Source: an uncultured Clostridia bacterium
Lineage (GTDB): Bacteria; Bacillota; Clostridia; Christensenellales; UBA1242
NCBI GenBank assembly: GCA_944383355.1
Contig: CALWPF010000001.1
Location: 28,357-92,356, forward strand
Length of the DNA: 64,000 nucleotides
Direction: 5' to 3'
Shown: piece by piece, positions 20,412-33,609 of the stretch
How positions within the stretch are numbered: position 1 is the first letter of the stretch
How the letters are laid out: the number at the start of each line of letters is the position of its first letter
Made by a program: the position numbers and the translations under genes
The notes under the pieces: model-generated
Told to the model about the DNA's origin: nothing
Databases searched by the model: none
Seen by the model: only the letters and a program-made list of their open reading frames with translations

Positions 20412-21045
20412 ATATCTCACCCGATTTTATCCTAGATAATGCACTATTTATATCTTCCCATGAGAATCCACGACTAGCCAAATGCCTAGCTAGTTTCTCA
20501 TGATTTTCTCTAGTGTTATCTTTATTTTTCATATATTTTTTACTTATCTCTATGATTGCCTCTTGTTGATTGTTAGTGTTTTCCAACAATTGCTCTATTG
20601 TATCCTCAGCAACACCCTTTTGCAACAAAGCAAATTTAATTCTTCGTTTACCCCAATGATTTTTATAATTGTCCCAAAAATCTTCAGCAAATACTTGGTC
20701 GTTTATATATCTATACTCTATTAATTTTTGTATGACATTGTCAACTACTACTGGCATATAACCTTTTTGTGATAAATAATCACGCATTTGTTTTTCTGTC
20801 TTTGCATTTTTGGATATTAACGATACTGCAGTGTCAAACGCGATATTGCCCTCAGCCTCCAATTGAATATTTTGTAACTCGTCTAAGTTAATCTCTTTCC
20901 CTTCGCACAACCTATACTTGTATATGCAAAATTCGTCCATACCACACACAAATTGATTATCCAAAAAAACACTAAAACGTGCTTTTTTGCCTTTTTGACG
21001 CCTTAACTCTGTAATAACACCCATTTTTACCTCATTTTTACGCAT
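20395..21045 (-). CDS. recX: RecA regulator RecX
   Basis: 216 aa with a repeated three-helix pattern (MRDYLSQKGY...VIQKLIEYRYINDQVFAEDF). Confidence 0.8.
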   Translation of the reverse strand: MRKNEVKMGVITELRRQKGKKARFSVFLDNQFVCGMDEFCIYKYRLCEGKEINLDELQNIQLEAEGNIAFDTAVSLISKNAKTEKQMRDYLSQKGYMPVVVDNVIQKLIEYRYINDQVFAEDFWDNYKNHWGKRRIKFALLQKGVAEDTIEQLLENTNNQQEAIIEISKKYMKNKDNTRENHEKLARHLASRGFSWEDINSALSRIKSGEIYESWD

Positions 21046-21054
21046 AATTTATAT

Positions 21055-21639
21055 CTAAATCAAGTAGTCAAAACAACTACCAATATATTCACTACCCTGA
21101 GGTGGATCATAATTATTAGTTAAAATTATTTCCAAAACTACATTATCTGCAAAAACAACATTATCTATTTTTACATTTTTGTTTTTTGCCCAAGCTATCA
21201 AGTTTTGATAACCAGAATAATCGGTCTTTAGTCTATATTTCTTTACTGACTGCCATTTGACTAAATTTTGCTCCAAGGTATCAATAGTACTTTGGGTATA
21301 GGCCCGCACCAGTCCGCCAGTACCCAACAAAACTCCACCAAAATACCTCACTACTACCATCACTATTTGATAAATATCCTTGTGTATCAACCACTCCAAT
21401 ATAGGCTTGCCAGCTGTACCACTAGGCTCGCCATCATCAGTGGACCTACTACTATCAAAAAGTCTGTAAGCATATACAACATGCCTTGCATCGTAATGTT
21501 GCTCTTTTACTGATTTTATAAATTGTTGAGCACCATCAACACTAGTCACCATCTTTGCGTATCCCAAAAAGCGAGATTTATTGATTACAATCTCGCTCTT
21601 TGCTATAAAATCTCTAGGTAGTGACCAATATTCCTGCAT
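21055..21639 (-). CDS. yigZ: YigZ / IMPACT family protein (UPF0029)
   Basis: KSRFLGY, the signature DDGEPSGTAGKPIL, and VVVRYFGG. Confidence 0.8.
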   Translation of the reverse strand: MQEYWSLPRDFIAKSEIVINKSRFLGYAKMVTSVDGAQQFIKSVKEQHYDARHVVYAYRLFDSSRSTDDGEPSGTAGKPILEWLIHKDIYQIVMVVVRYFGGVLLGTGGLVRAYTQSTIDTLEQNLVKWQSVKKYRLKTDYSGYQNLIAWAKNKNVKIDNVVFADNVVLEIILTNNYDPPQGSEYIGSCFDYLI

Positions 21640-22841
21640 TATTCAATTACCACTCGTATGATAGATTTTTTACCCCGTTTTAGTACAAACTCACTATTTT
21701 GTGGAATATAAGTATAATCTGTAATCAACTCATCATCAATGCGCACGCCCTTACCGTCTATCAATCGTTTTGCCTCGCCACGACTACTAGCCTCTTTGGT
21801 GGCAATCAGCAAATCCAACACATCATTTATATCTTTTTTAGCAACTTTTACTACACGCATATCACCGTCATTGCCACCACCAAATGCTGCTCTAGACTGT
21901 TGTTGAGCATTAATGGCAGATTGCTCACCTCTAACAATCTTTGTAACCTCAAATGCCAAACGCTCTTTTGCCTCATTAATTGCTTTGCCTTTTACATTAC
22001 AAATTTTATCAATTTCATCTACTGGGAGAAAAGTCAAATACAAAAACAATTCCCTAACCTTTACATCTTCTATATCTCTAAAGTATTGATAAAAATCATA
22101 ATCGGAGCACATTTCTCTATCCAACCACACGGCGCCACCAGCGGTCTTACCCATTTTTGTACCATCTGCCTTAGTTAATAATGGCAAAGTCATGGCAAAC
22201 ACTGGCTTATTCTCTTTTCGTCTAATGAGCTCAACCCCAGCCAAAATATTTGCCCACTGGTCATCTCCACCCAATTCGAGTGTACAGCCAAATTCTTTAT
22301 TTAAGTACCAAAAATCGTAAGCTTGCATAGGCATATAGTTGAACTCCAAAAATGAGAGCCCAGTCTCCATTCTAGTCTTAAAGCAATCATGAGATAGCAT
22401 TCTATTCACACTCATATGTGTACCAACTGTTTGCAACATTTCCAACCAAGTTACTTTTTTGATCCAGTCCTCGTTATTCACCACTATCAGTTTATTCTCT
22501 GCATTAGGGTCAAAAAAGGCACTAATTTGAGCCTTTATCCGCTCAACGTTAGCATGACGAGTTTCCTCTGACATCATAGGCCTCATATCGTTCCTAAAAG
22601 ATGGATCACCTATGCTACCAGTAGCACCACCTACCAATGCAATTGGAGTATGCCCTGCCCTCTGCATTCTCACCAAAAATAATATAGCAGCAAGGCTACC
22701 AATATGCAAACTAGCAGCCGTAGGGTCAAAACCAAGATAGCATACTACCTTTTGTTTACCCAACACCTCACGCAATTCTTCTCCATACACTGTTTGTTTT
22801 ATCAAGCCACGCTCAGTTAATGTATCAAATATATTTTCCAT
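21639..22841 (-). CDS. tyrS: Tyrosine--tRNA ligase
   Basis: HIGH motif (LHIGSL), KMSKS motif (KMGKT) and a C-terminal S4 domain. The ATG at 22841 (MENIFDTLTERGLIKQ) is preferred. The 49 upstream codons in the track ORF look like non-coding leader. Confidence 0.9.
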   Translation of the reverse strand: MENIFDTLTERGLIKQTVYGEELREVLGKQKVVCYLGFDPTAASLHIGSLAAILFLVRMQRAGHTPIALVGGATGSIGDPSFRNDMRPMMSEETRHANVERIKAQISAFFDPNAENKLIVVNNEDWIKKVTWLEMLQTVGTHMSVNRMLSHDCFKTRMETGLSFLEFNYMPMQAYDFWYLNKEFGCTLELGGDDQWANILAGVELIRRKENKPVFAMTLPLLTKADGTKMGKTAGGAVWLDREMCSDYDFYQYFRDIEDVKVRELFLYLTFLPVDEIDKICNVKGKAINEAKERLAFEVTKIVRGEQSAINAQQQSRAAFGGGNDGDMRVVKVAKKDINDVLDLLIATKEASSRGEAKRLIDGKGVRIDDELITDYTYIPQNSEFVLKRGKKSIIRVVIE

Positions 22842-23022
22842 TTGTCCAACCTCGTAAAAAATAGTAGATTTATTGTAACATAACAAAGCAATTATTGCAA
22901 CTCTATACAACCTTTTGAATAGACAAAACAAAACATATAAATTAGTCACTATAAAGTTTGACAAATTCATTTTGTTAAAAAAAATCAATGTGGTATACTA
23001 AATTGGGAAAAGGAGAATAACT

Positions 23023-24318
23023 ATGGATAATAAAATCAAATCAATATTCGCTAGACAAGTACTTGATTCTAGAGGAACACCAACTGTAGAGGTAGATGTG
23101 ACTCTCGTAAATGGTATCATGGCTAGAGCCTCTGTGCCATCTGGAGCATCAACTGGACAATTCGAAGCATTAGAGCTCCGTGATGGTGACCCCAAGTATT
23201 ATTTTGGCAAGTCAGTTTTAAAGGCAGTAAATAATGTCAACAACATAATAGCACCAGCATTGCTGGGTAAATCTGTATTGGAGCAGAGGGAGCGAGACAT
23301 GGAGATGCTCGCACTAGATGGAACGGAAACAAAATCAAATTTGGGAGCAAATGCAATACTAGGTGTGTCTCTAGCTATTTGCAAAGCAGGTGCGATGGCT
23401 AGTGGCCTACCGTTGCACAAATACTTGAATCCTAATGGAAACATCATGCCAGTCCCTATGATGAATGTAATAAATGGCGGTAAACATGCCGATAACAACT
23501 TGAATATTCAAGAGTTTATGATAATGCCAGTAGGGGCTAATGACTGGAGTAAAGCATTGCAAATGTGTGCAGAGGTTTTTCATTCGCTCAAGTCTGTGTT
23601 AAAAAAACACGGCTACTCTACTAGTGTAGGTGATGAGGGAGGTTTTGCACCAAACTTTAGTTGTGACACAGATGCATTAGATAACATTATTGAGGCTATA
23701 AATGTAGCTGGCTATACTCCGCAAAAAGATTTTGGAATAGCGTTGGATGTAGCAGCCTCAGAGATGTATAATGCAGCAATGGAGAAAGGCGAAAAAGGTA
23801 AATACTATTTTTGGAAAACCAATCAAATGTTTACTGTAGACCAATTGACCCAATACTATATTAACCTAGTAAACAAATACCCTATATTATCAATAGAGGA
23901 CGCTTTTGGAGAAGAGGATTGGCAGGCTTGGACTCAATTCACCAGCAAGTTGGGAAAGAAAATACAAATAGTTGGAGATGATTTGTTTGTCACTAATTCC
24001 AAAAGATTATCAAAAGGAATAGAGCAAAAATCAGCCAATGCAATACTGATAAAACTAAATCAAATAGGTACAGTGACAGAGACACTGGATACTATAGCTT
24101 TGGCTCAAAAAAATGGGTTTAACACTATAATTTCTCATCGCAGTGGTGAGACAGAGGACAATTATATTGCTGACTTTGCTGTAGCTACCAACAGCGGACA
24201 AATCAAAACTGGTGCGCCATCTCGTAGTGACCGTGTAGCAAAATATAATCAATTGTTACGCATAGAGCAAGAATTGGGCAAATCGGCAAAATTTTTAGGT
24301 AAAAAAGTGTTTGGATAA
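23023..24318 (+). CDS. eno: Enolase (phosphopyruvate hydratase)
   Basis: 431 aa with [24 protein letters not shown] and a [10 protein letters not shown]-terminus. AAGGAGA acts as the SD. Confidence 0.95.
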   Translation: MDNKIKSIFARQVLDSRGTPTVEVDVTLVNGIMARASVPSGASTGQFEALELRDGDPKYYFGKSVLKAVNNVNNIIAPALLGKSVLEQRERDMEMLALDGTETKSNLGANAILGVSLAICKAGAMASGLPLHKYLNPNGNIMPVPMMNVINGGKHADNNLNIQEFMIMPVGANDWSKALQMCAEVFHSLKSVLKKHGYSTSVGDEGGFAPNFSCDTDALDNIIEAINVAGYTPQKDFGIALDVAASEMYNAAMEKGEKGKYYFWKTNQMFTVDQLTQYYINLVNKYPILSIEDAFGEEDWQAWTQFTSKLGKKIQIVGDDLFVTNSKRLSKGIEQKSANAILIKLNQIGTVTETLDTIALAQKNGFNTIISHRSGETEDNYIADFAVATNSGQIKTGAPSRSDRVAKYNQLLRIEQELGKSAKFLGKKVFG

Positions 24319-24330
24319 TTAAAATAACAA

Positions 24331-24366
24331 AAATCAGCAGGCAATAGACTACTTGCTGATTTTTTA
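24331..24366 (+). terminator. Rho-independent terminator of eno
   Basis: Stem AAATCAGCAGG/CTTGCTGATTT followed by a T-run. Confidence 0.7.
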
Positions 24367-24393
24367 TTAACAAAATTATACTCCATTAATTAT

Positions 24394-25116
24394 CTATAAT
24401 ATATGACCATACATTGATATATTCTTTAACGCTTCCTCTTGATTATTTACAAAAAAATCCAACTCATCATCATTCTCCACTCTTACATCGTATTTTCTTA
24501 CAAAATATAATACTTGTTTATCAAAAATAATAGAAATTATTTTACTCTCACAAATGGCGAATGTTAGATACATAGATAAAACCTTTTTCCTATACTCCAC
24601 CTCAAAAAATGCAGGAGTATCCTCATATGAGTAGGTTGTGCCATCAAATACCACACCACTTTCACTAAAACATAATTTTTCGGGCAACATTTTTGGCTTT
24701 TGACCTCTAATATAGTTATAACAATCAAAGGACTGCCCACTATCAACCATATGGTCAATATTCATATCAACTGGTTGAATAATATCATATTTTTTCTTTT
24801 TAAACACAACAAAATCTACATCTTCGAGTTTGGCTAAGAAAAAATAGATACTGATAATAAATAATCCCGCTGAAATATAAATCATAACCTCGCTGGCACT
24901 GGTCTCCACCAAAATAAACACAGTGAATAACACGATACTCAAAACGAGAATAATTGCCATAACCGCATTAATTATTTTAATTGTACTAGGACTAAACTTT
25001 TTATTAGTTCTTTCGGCATCTTCTTTTAATTTGGAAAGATTTTTATCCCACTGTTGAGGATCGCTAAACGCCTTTTCATACATTTTTATTTCTTCGTTAT
25101 CTTTTTTATTTTTCAT
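24394..25116 (-). CDS. Hypothetical two-TM membrane protein
   Basis: 240 aa with two adjacent TM helices (residues ~50-100) and a ~140-aa C-terminal soluble domain. No family was recognised. Confidence 0.55.
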   Translation of the reverse strand: MKNKKDNEEIKMYEKAFSDPQQWDKNLSKLKEDAERTNKKFSPSTIKIINAVMAIILVLSIVLFTVFILVETSASEVMIYISAGLFIISIYFFLAKLEDVDFVVFKKKKYDIIQPVDMNIDHMVDSGQSFDCYNYIRGQKPKMLPEKLCFSESGVVFDGTTYSYEDTPAFFEVEYRKKVLSMYLTFAICESKIISIIFDKQVLYFVRKYDVRVENDDELDFFVNNQEEALKNISMYGHIL

Positions 25117-25216
25117 TATTAACCAACCTTAATGCGTCTTACTCAAAAACTTTATTTAAGTCAATGTACAACATTATTACATAGCATTTACATATTATGA
25201 GCTGAGACTATTTATT

Positions 25217-25825
25217 TTAGTTATTAATTCTTGCATTTTGAGCGTCTGTACGCTTGTTTGATGAGCTATATTTTTCGCTGTCAAACATTAATTCTTTTGT
25301 CTCTAATGCCGCTGGTACACCTAAATTTACCCTATAGCTCTTTGCACTGTAACGTCTATCTGTATGCACGCAATATTCATCACTAATTTCTCCTACTCTA
25401 TTTTGGAGTATTATGCAACCTGCACGCAACTTGTATGAAGTAGCTGGATTGCCCTGAATAGTTGACACATCTACAGCCTTACTTAAAATTTTTGCAAACT
25501 CTCTATTATTTACCAAAGATACTTCATTGTATATAGGCTGAGGATAACTAACAATGGAGCGTATGTAGTCTTTGCTAATGGTATCCAAAAAATACTTATC
25601 TAATTTTTTTGCATAGTATCTGTATTCTGCATCTGTCATATTGTATCCTCTATTGTCCTCTACAATAGATATCCAGTAGTGTGAGATAGACGGCACAATA
25701 ACGCTTACTACAGAATATTTTCTATCCACATCTATAGAATGTAGTAATCCATCTTTCTCTAGTATCCTACTATTAAATTTGCGTTTCCTAGACTCAAATA
25801 CAACTCTTATTTCGTCAAATGACAT
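25217..25825 (-). CDS. Hypothetical soluble protein
   Basis: The ATG at 25825 has GGAGG 6 nt upstream and a near-consensus promoter further upstream. No family was recognised. Confidence 0.6.
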   Translation of the reverse strand: MSFDEIRVVFESRKRKFNSRILEKDGLLHSIDVDRKYSVVSVIVPSISHYWISIVEDNRGYNMTDAEYRYYAKKLDKYFLDTISKDYIRSIVSYPQPIYNEVSLVNNREFAKILSKAVDVSTIQGNPATSYKLRAGCIILQNRVGEISDEYCVHTDRRYSAKSYRVNLGVPAALETKELMFDSEKYSSSNKRTDAQNARINN

Positions 25826-25861
25826 ATACAGCCTCCACACTTATGGCAAATATTTCACATC

Positions 25862-25890
25862 ATAGTAACACAAAAAATTGGGGGTGTCAA
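25862..25890 (-). promoter_or_regulatory. Near-consensus sigma-A promoter with an extended -10
   Basis: Minus strand reads TTGACA, a 17-nt spacer, then (TGT)TACTAT, about 35 nt upstream of the ATG at 25825. Confidence 0.55.
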
Positions 25891-26051
25891 TACTAAAAAA
25901 TACAAATATTTGACAAGGAATTAAATATTAATATCCAAAATTCTTTTACAACATTTACAATTGATATCTATAAAATAGACTACTAAAAAAATGACTTTAA
26001 ACTTTTACTTATCAAGTTTTAAATACCAAGATATTCACATATTTTAACACA

Positions 26052-26080
26052 ACAAAAAAGAGAATTCCAAAAGGAATTCC
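26052..26080 (-). terminator. Rho-independent terminator of the 23S-5S transcription unit
   Basis: GGAATTC/GAATTCC stem with a TTTT loop, followed on the minus strand by TCTTTTTTG. It lies about 40 nt downstream of the 5S gene. Confidence 0.65.
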
Positions 26081-26121
26081 CTTAGTTTGTAAGTCTTCGT
26101 GAGAGAAAACTCACAATGGAA

Positions 26122-26237
26122 TCTGGCAACGACCTCTTTTCCCAAGCAGTCTCCCGCTAAGTATATTCGGCGCTGGAGGGCTTAACTGCTGTGTTCGGAA
26201 TGAGAACAGGTGGGACCCCTCCGCCATAGTCACCAGA
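26122..26237 (-). rRNA. rrf: 5S ribosomal RNA
   Basis: The reverse complement reads TCTGGTGACTATGGCGGAGGGGTCCCACCTGTTCTCATTCCGAACACAGCAGTTAAGCCCTCCAGCGCCGAA...GGGAAAAGAGGTCGTTGCCAGAT, the canonical 5S pattern. Ends are accurate to about 3 nt. Confidence 0.9.
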
Positions 26238-26389
26238 AATGGCTCAGCATGTCATCGACAAACTGTAATACTATTATATATGTAATTAAGTTATTTGTCA
26301 ACAAATATCAAAACTTTAACAATCAAATTTGCGTTTAAATCAACGGGGAGCAGTAAACTATTGCATAATCGTTTACTCTATTCCCATAT

Positions 26390-29325
<2,936 letters not shown>

Positions 29326-29563
29326 TTTTTGCTCCAGAATATCATGAGATATTCTCTGGCATTCCTATATATAATATATAAGAAGTTCCTTAGCATTAAT
29401 TGTTAAATTACTAGCATAAATTGTAATTTGTGAAAATTGCATATTACACTATTTTTAGGATATTTGTATTAAGATTCTTAATTACAAATAATAGTATTCA
29501 GTTGTCAATGTACATGCTGGTGACATCAGTCACGTATCACCCACAAGTGAATGATACTCGGTT

Positions 29564-29592
29564 AGTATATCAGCGAGCCCCCAATAAGTCAA
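29564..29592 (-). promoter_or_regulatory. Strong sigma-A-type promoter upstream of the 23S rRNA gene
   Basis: Minus strand reads TTGACT, a 17-nt spacer, then TATACT, preceded by an A/T-rich UP-like tract. It lies about 240 nt upstream of the 23S 5' end. Confidence 0.6.
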
Positions 29593-29857
29593 CAACTTTT
29601 TTTGAAAAAATAAAAATATTTTAGATTTTTTGGCAGATTTTGGTCTTTTTTATGACACTCTACCGTGTGTGTCCTATATTAAAAGATTATATATAGGCAG
29701 AAACATGATTTTATTGGTTTTGTAACACAATTTTTGTACATACCAAGTACCACTCTAGCAAATCTTCTATTCTCTTTATTACAAATAAAAAAACACTCTA
29801 CTGAGTGATCTTTTATTTGGTTTAATACTTAATCTAATTGTAAATAAACAATACTTT

Positions 29858-32008
29858 TTACGAATAAACAATCATATATACATTACCACTATTCATTATA
29901 CTATAATTTCTTGAGGTGTTGTTTCGTACGTAGCCGTATACAGTGTTTTTATCATTCAATGTACTTGACATCTCAAATTCCAAATAATCAAGTCTCTCAC
30001 CCTCTGCTTGTAACAACATGGATACTAGATCTCCATAATTCTCTGCATACAAATCCAACATAACATTTTGCCCCAACTGTGTATTAGCGTAATAATTAAA
30101 CTCTACATCTGCAACATTTGTAGCAGGCTCAGTCTCTAAGTGATTGGTCGCTAGATCAGCATCTGTTACCAAAAAGTATTCGTGTGCCATAGTTTCTATA
30201 TATTTTTTTGCAATTACATCATAGGTAGACATATCTGCCCATGTAGTATCCACAATATACCATGCACTCTCGTTGTCACCTGCTACCAATTTCACTTTGT
30301 TCCAAGCATGTGCTCCACCATACATCTCTGCATTAATGTTTACACCTTCGCCTGCCAAACCAGACACTTTGTAGCAGTCTATATTCTCTAGACTACACAA
30401 AAGTACAAAAGTTTTTGCTAAACCATCACATACCGCTTGACCATTATCTAATAACACACCTTCTATATAAAAACCTCTATAACGAGAAAGTGTCGCCTGA
30501 GCACTACCCGAGTTAGAGCCTGATTCAAGTTTTTCGGATAGGGCATACAAATTGTGATCATAAACGGTATTATAAGTTATCCACTCATAAATCGCACATA
30601 CTTTTTGGTAATCTGTCATATCATTACCTATAATGTCACGCAATACTGCCTTTGCCTCATCATATACGACTTTTGCTGGACAAGTATCAGAGGCGAATAT
30701 AGGTTTGCAACCATTTTGTAATGCATAATACAACTGGTCACTAGTAAAGACTAACGCAGTTTTGGTCCTAGTATCTATAGCAAAATCATCAAAGTCGTCG
30801 CTACGTTTATTATCCGAGGTAACATATGTTGTAGGTGGTACAGCTGTATTTTGAACAGTTGTATACTCTCCTGTAGCGCTCAAATTAGGAGTGGATACAT
30901 GCAAATAGCTCACCGTTAAATTTGCTAATTCTCCAGAGAAAGATATCCTAATATCAATTGCTTTTATCTCATTGTACTCTCTCAAATATTCTACAATTGC
31001 ATCAGAACGTGCATTATTGTTAGTCAAATAGTCTACATAAAACTGCATATTTTCTATACGATACAACAATGTGTAATAAACTAAACTCTTCAACTCTTCT
31101 GCACTATCTGCTACCAAATCAAATTCATTACCTAAAAAGTCAAACTTTGTACTTGCATACTGAGATTTCGTATTTTGCTCAAATGTTGCTATTCCATTTG
31201 AATAAGCAGAATCCCTGTCACCATCTGAAGACGTCGCTTGAACAAAAAATACTGTGGTATCTGCAAGCATTAAATTACTAACATTAGCACTAGTGCTGGT
31301 AGTTTCAATAGTTTCACCATCTAAAGTAGTTACTCTATAACCAACAGCCGAATCTACTCCAGTCCATTGCAATGTATTCCCTGCCAACTTAACATTTTCT
31401 GGAGTATTCAATGGAAGAGGACAGTCAAAAACAACCTCTTCTGAATATGCACTCGGTCCATAAATAGACACATCATACGCCATTGCACGGACTTTAGCAG
31501 TATACTCGCCACCTATTGAGATAAATTTTCGGATTTCAATCTCTGCATCAGTTGTCTCAAAATACTGAATGTTACCTTGTCCATCTTCCAAAGAAACTAG
31601 ATACATATCTGCACCTGCTACTGCATTCCATGACATAGTATAACTATTATCTTTATGTGGAGCAATCAAGGATGCTGGCGTAGTCAATTTTGTTTCACTG
31701 ACATAAAACACCTTTTCATCGGTGTAATCAGAGTTGCTAACAAAAACATTCCCAGAAAACGCTCTTACTTTGAGAGTTTGCTTGCCTGTAGTAATGTAAG
31801 GAGCATAATTAAATGAGGTCTCTGTCGTGTCGTAACTTTCCCCATTAAAAACAACCTCATAGGAATTTGCATTATTTTGAGCACTCCAAGATACAGTAAA
31901 ATTATTGTAAGTCAGGGTCGGAGTTTCCAAGCGAAACAAACAACCCGAGAAACAAAACAAAACTGCTACTACACATAATACTGATAAATATCTAAACTTT
32001 ACCCGCAT
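29858..32008 (-). CDS. Lipoprotein with FN3/Ig-like repeats and a C-terminal transglutaminase-like cysteine-protease core
   Basis: Lipobox-like FSGC follows a hydrophobic N-terminus. Repeated ~90-aa beta modules (W..V.GA..Y.V) are present. The Cys-His-Asp core reads GQAVCDGLAKTF ... GGAHAWNKV ... VDTTW. The ATG at 32008 is preferred. Confidence 0.78.
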   Translation of the reverse strand: MRVKFRYLSVLCVVAVLFCFSGCLFRLETPTLTYNNFTVSWSAQNNANSYEVVFNGESYDTTETSFNYAPYITTGKQTLKVRAFSGNVFVSNSDYTDEKVFYVSETKLTTPASLIAPHKDNSYTMSWNAVAGADMYLVSLEDGQGNIQYFETTDAEIEIRKFISIGGEYTAKVRAMAYDVSIYGPSAYSEEVVFDCPLPLNTPENVKLAGNTLQWTGVDSAVGYRVTTLDGETIETTSTSANVSNLMLADTTVFFVQATSSDGDRDSAYSNGIATFEQNTKSQYASTKFDFLGNEFDLVADSAEELKSLVYYTLLYRIENMQFYVDYLTNNNARSDAIVEYLREYNEIKAIDIRISFSGELANLTVSYLHVSTPNLSATGEYTTVQNTAVPPTTYVTSDNKRSDDFDDFAIDTRTKTALVFTSDQLYYALQNGCKPIFASDTCPAKVVYDEAKAVLRDIIGNDMTDYQKVCAIYEWITYNTVYDHNLYALSEKLESGSNSGSAQATLSRYRGFYIEGVLLDNGQAVCDGLAKTFVLLCSLENIDCYKVSGLAGEGVNINAEMYGGAHAWNKVKLVAGDNESAWYIVDTTWADMSTYDVIAKKYIETMAHEYFLVTDADLATNHLETEPATNVADVEFNYYANTQLGQNVMLDLYAENYGDLVSMLLQAEGERLDYLEFEMSSTLNDKNTVYGYVRNNTSRNYSIMNSGNVYMIVYS

Positions 32009-32136
32009 ACTGCTCTTTTCTCCTGTCAAAATAGTCAATTAATTTTATTGTATTCAAAATATAAAAATTGTTGCTAAATTTACTAAAAATATTTATTTTA
32101 AACTAACTAAAACAATTTCTGAATTTTTACACAAAC

Positions 32137-32161
32137 AAGAGGTGGTCAAGAGCCACCTCTT
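32137..32161 (-). terminator. Hairpin, possibly a terminator, after the 32170 gene
   Basis: 9-bp perfect stem AAGAGGTGG/CCACCTCTT. The minus-strand tail GTTTGTGT is only moderately U-rich. Confidence 0.4.
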
Positions 32162-32169
32162 AATATATA

Positions 32170-33330
32170 TTAAGCCATGTTATTTGCCCAATCTTGTGAC
32201 CAACCTTTTTCCACCAAGGAATCTGGTGACACAGATAAACTTTGCTCAAACTGAACTGTAAAGCTGATTCCCAAACTCTCGCCTGCCCACTCATTATTAT
32301 CTGCATTTTCGCTAGTAACTCTAAATGCTGAAATGATATCAACCTGCTCATTTATAGCCAAAGTGCCGAGATAATACAAATAATTTTGAGTAGTATCCAG
32401 ATACCACTTGCTACTATCATAGGTATAACCTATACCCAAATCTCCTAAGAATGCAGTACCATCTTCGTTAGACAACTCTATATAAAATCTAACATACATA
32501 TTACCCGTTGTAGCGTTTTGAACCGAAACATTCTTGTGTATGTCACCATTGACTACAACATTATCAAATGGAGCTAAAACACTTGTATCCTCACCAACAA
32601 AGACTATATCACCAGTTATATCTTGACTTTGTTGAGCCTCATCTCTTATCAAATAATAATAAGTCAAATATGTACCAACACCTAATATAGCCAATATTAA
32701 TAGCACGATAATTGTTGTGGTGACAACATTCCTTCGCCTAGCAGCTCCTGCACCAAAATCCGAGTCTTTGCCAGAATATCTGCTACGCAGATTGGTAATC
32801 TCACCTTTCCTATCAAAATAAATAGATCTAGACGCATTTGCAGGCAAACGCCTACGCATACGCATATATGGACCATCGTCTAATTTTGTTGCATATGGTT
32901 GACGTTTTTTCCTCAATTCTTTGTTAAATGTTACCTTATCATTCTCGTGTTTACGAAGGCGAGTCAACTCATCTTTTGACAAAGGCACACTAGTATCTGG
33001 ATATTTTGCAGAATTTTTATTTTTTGGGGCAGGAGGTGGGGACTGAGGATTACGTGGTGGTGTAGGTGGAACACCATTAGGAGGTACATTGACACCGCCC
33101 TTAGACATTCCCGCTGGATTGCTCTGCCCTATATTATTAGGCATAGGCCTCGACATATTTGGAGGAACAGCACCTTGAGCAAAATGAGGATTATTAGTAT
33201 TTACATTTACATTAGGTGGCACATTGTTAGGAGGCAATGGACCTTGAGACCTTGGACCGTTACCCAAATTAGGGGCATTGCCCCCCCCTTGAATATTGGA
33301 TTGGTTATTTGTCATATCGTCTTGTGCCAC
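32170..33330 (-). CDS. Hypothetical bitopic membrane protein: Pro/Asn/Gly-rich N-terminal region, one TM helix and a beta-rich C-terminal domain
   Basis: 386 aa. The low-complexity N-terminus spans ~110 aa (PPNNVPPNVNVN...PPTPPRNPQSPPPAP). The TM helix is TTTIIVLLILAILGVGTYLTYYYLI. The C-terminal ~160 aa vaguely recall TasA/camelysin-type exported domains. Confidence 0.6.
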   Translation of the reverse strand: MAQDDMTNNQSNIQGGGNAPNLGNGPRSQGPLPPNNVPPNVNVNTNNPHFAQGAVPPNMSRPMPNNIGQSNPAGMSKGGVNVPPNGVPPTPPRNPQSPPPAPKNKNSAKYPDTSVPLSKDELTRLRKHENDKVTFNKELRKKRQPYATKLDDGPYMRMRRRLPANASRSIYFDRKGEITNLRSRYSGKDSDFGAGAARRRNVVTTTIIVLLILAILGVGTYLTYYYLIRDEAQQSQDITGDIVFVGEDTSVLAPFDNVVVNGDIHKNVSVQNATTGNMYVRFYIELSNEDGTAFLGDLGIGYTYDSSKWYLDTTQNYLYYLGTLAINEQVDIISAFRVTSENADNNEWAGESLGISFTVQFEQSLSVSPDSLVEKGWSQDWANNMA

Positions 33331-33557
33331 TTTTATCCTCCTACATTATACAACAATATCTTACCCTGTTTACACTAATTATATTTATTATGACACAAAA
33401 AGACAAGCAAAATTACTGTATTTTGACTTTTTTTGTAACTTTTTTAGATTGAGTATAAATGGCGCATAAATCCTAAACGTGTTGGCTCTAAAACCATTAA
33501 AATATTTAGATGTTTATACCGTTTTGATACTTTGATTTAATACTTTGCTATCAATAA

Positions 33558-33592
33558 CAAAAAACAGATAAAAGATTTTATCTCCTATCTGC
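33558..33592 (-). terminator. Rho-independent terminator of the str/tuf operon
   Basis: Minus strand reads CAGATA...TATCTG (or AGATAAAA/TTTTATCT) followed by TTTTTTG. It lies about 20 nt after the tuf stop. Confidence 0.55.
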
Positions 33593-33609
33593 TTTTTATA
33601 TAATCAAAA

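Noticed and set aside
22842-23022. Expected a T-box leader upstream of tyrS
   Set aside because: The whole tyrS-eno divergent gap is ~180 bp. I find no T-box sequence (AATTAGGGTGGTACCGCG-like), specifier stem or terminator/antiterminator pair, so no riboswitch is called.
29326-29857. Looked for a 16S rRNA gene or spacer tRNAs upstream of the 23S
   Set aside because: The region is only ~530 bp, AT-rich, and has no 16S 3'-end signature (GGATCACCTCCTT) or tRNA T-arm motif. It holds a promoter instead. The ORF 29430..29624 there has no SD and looks spurious.
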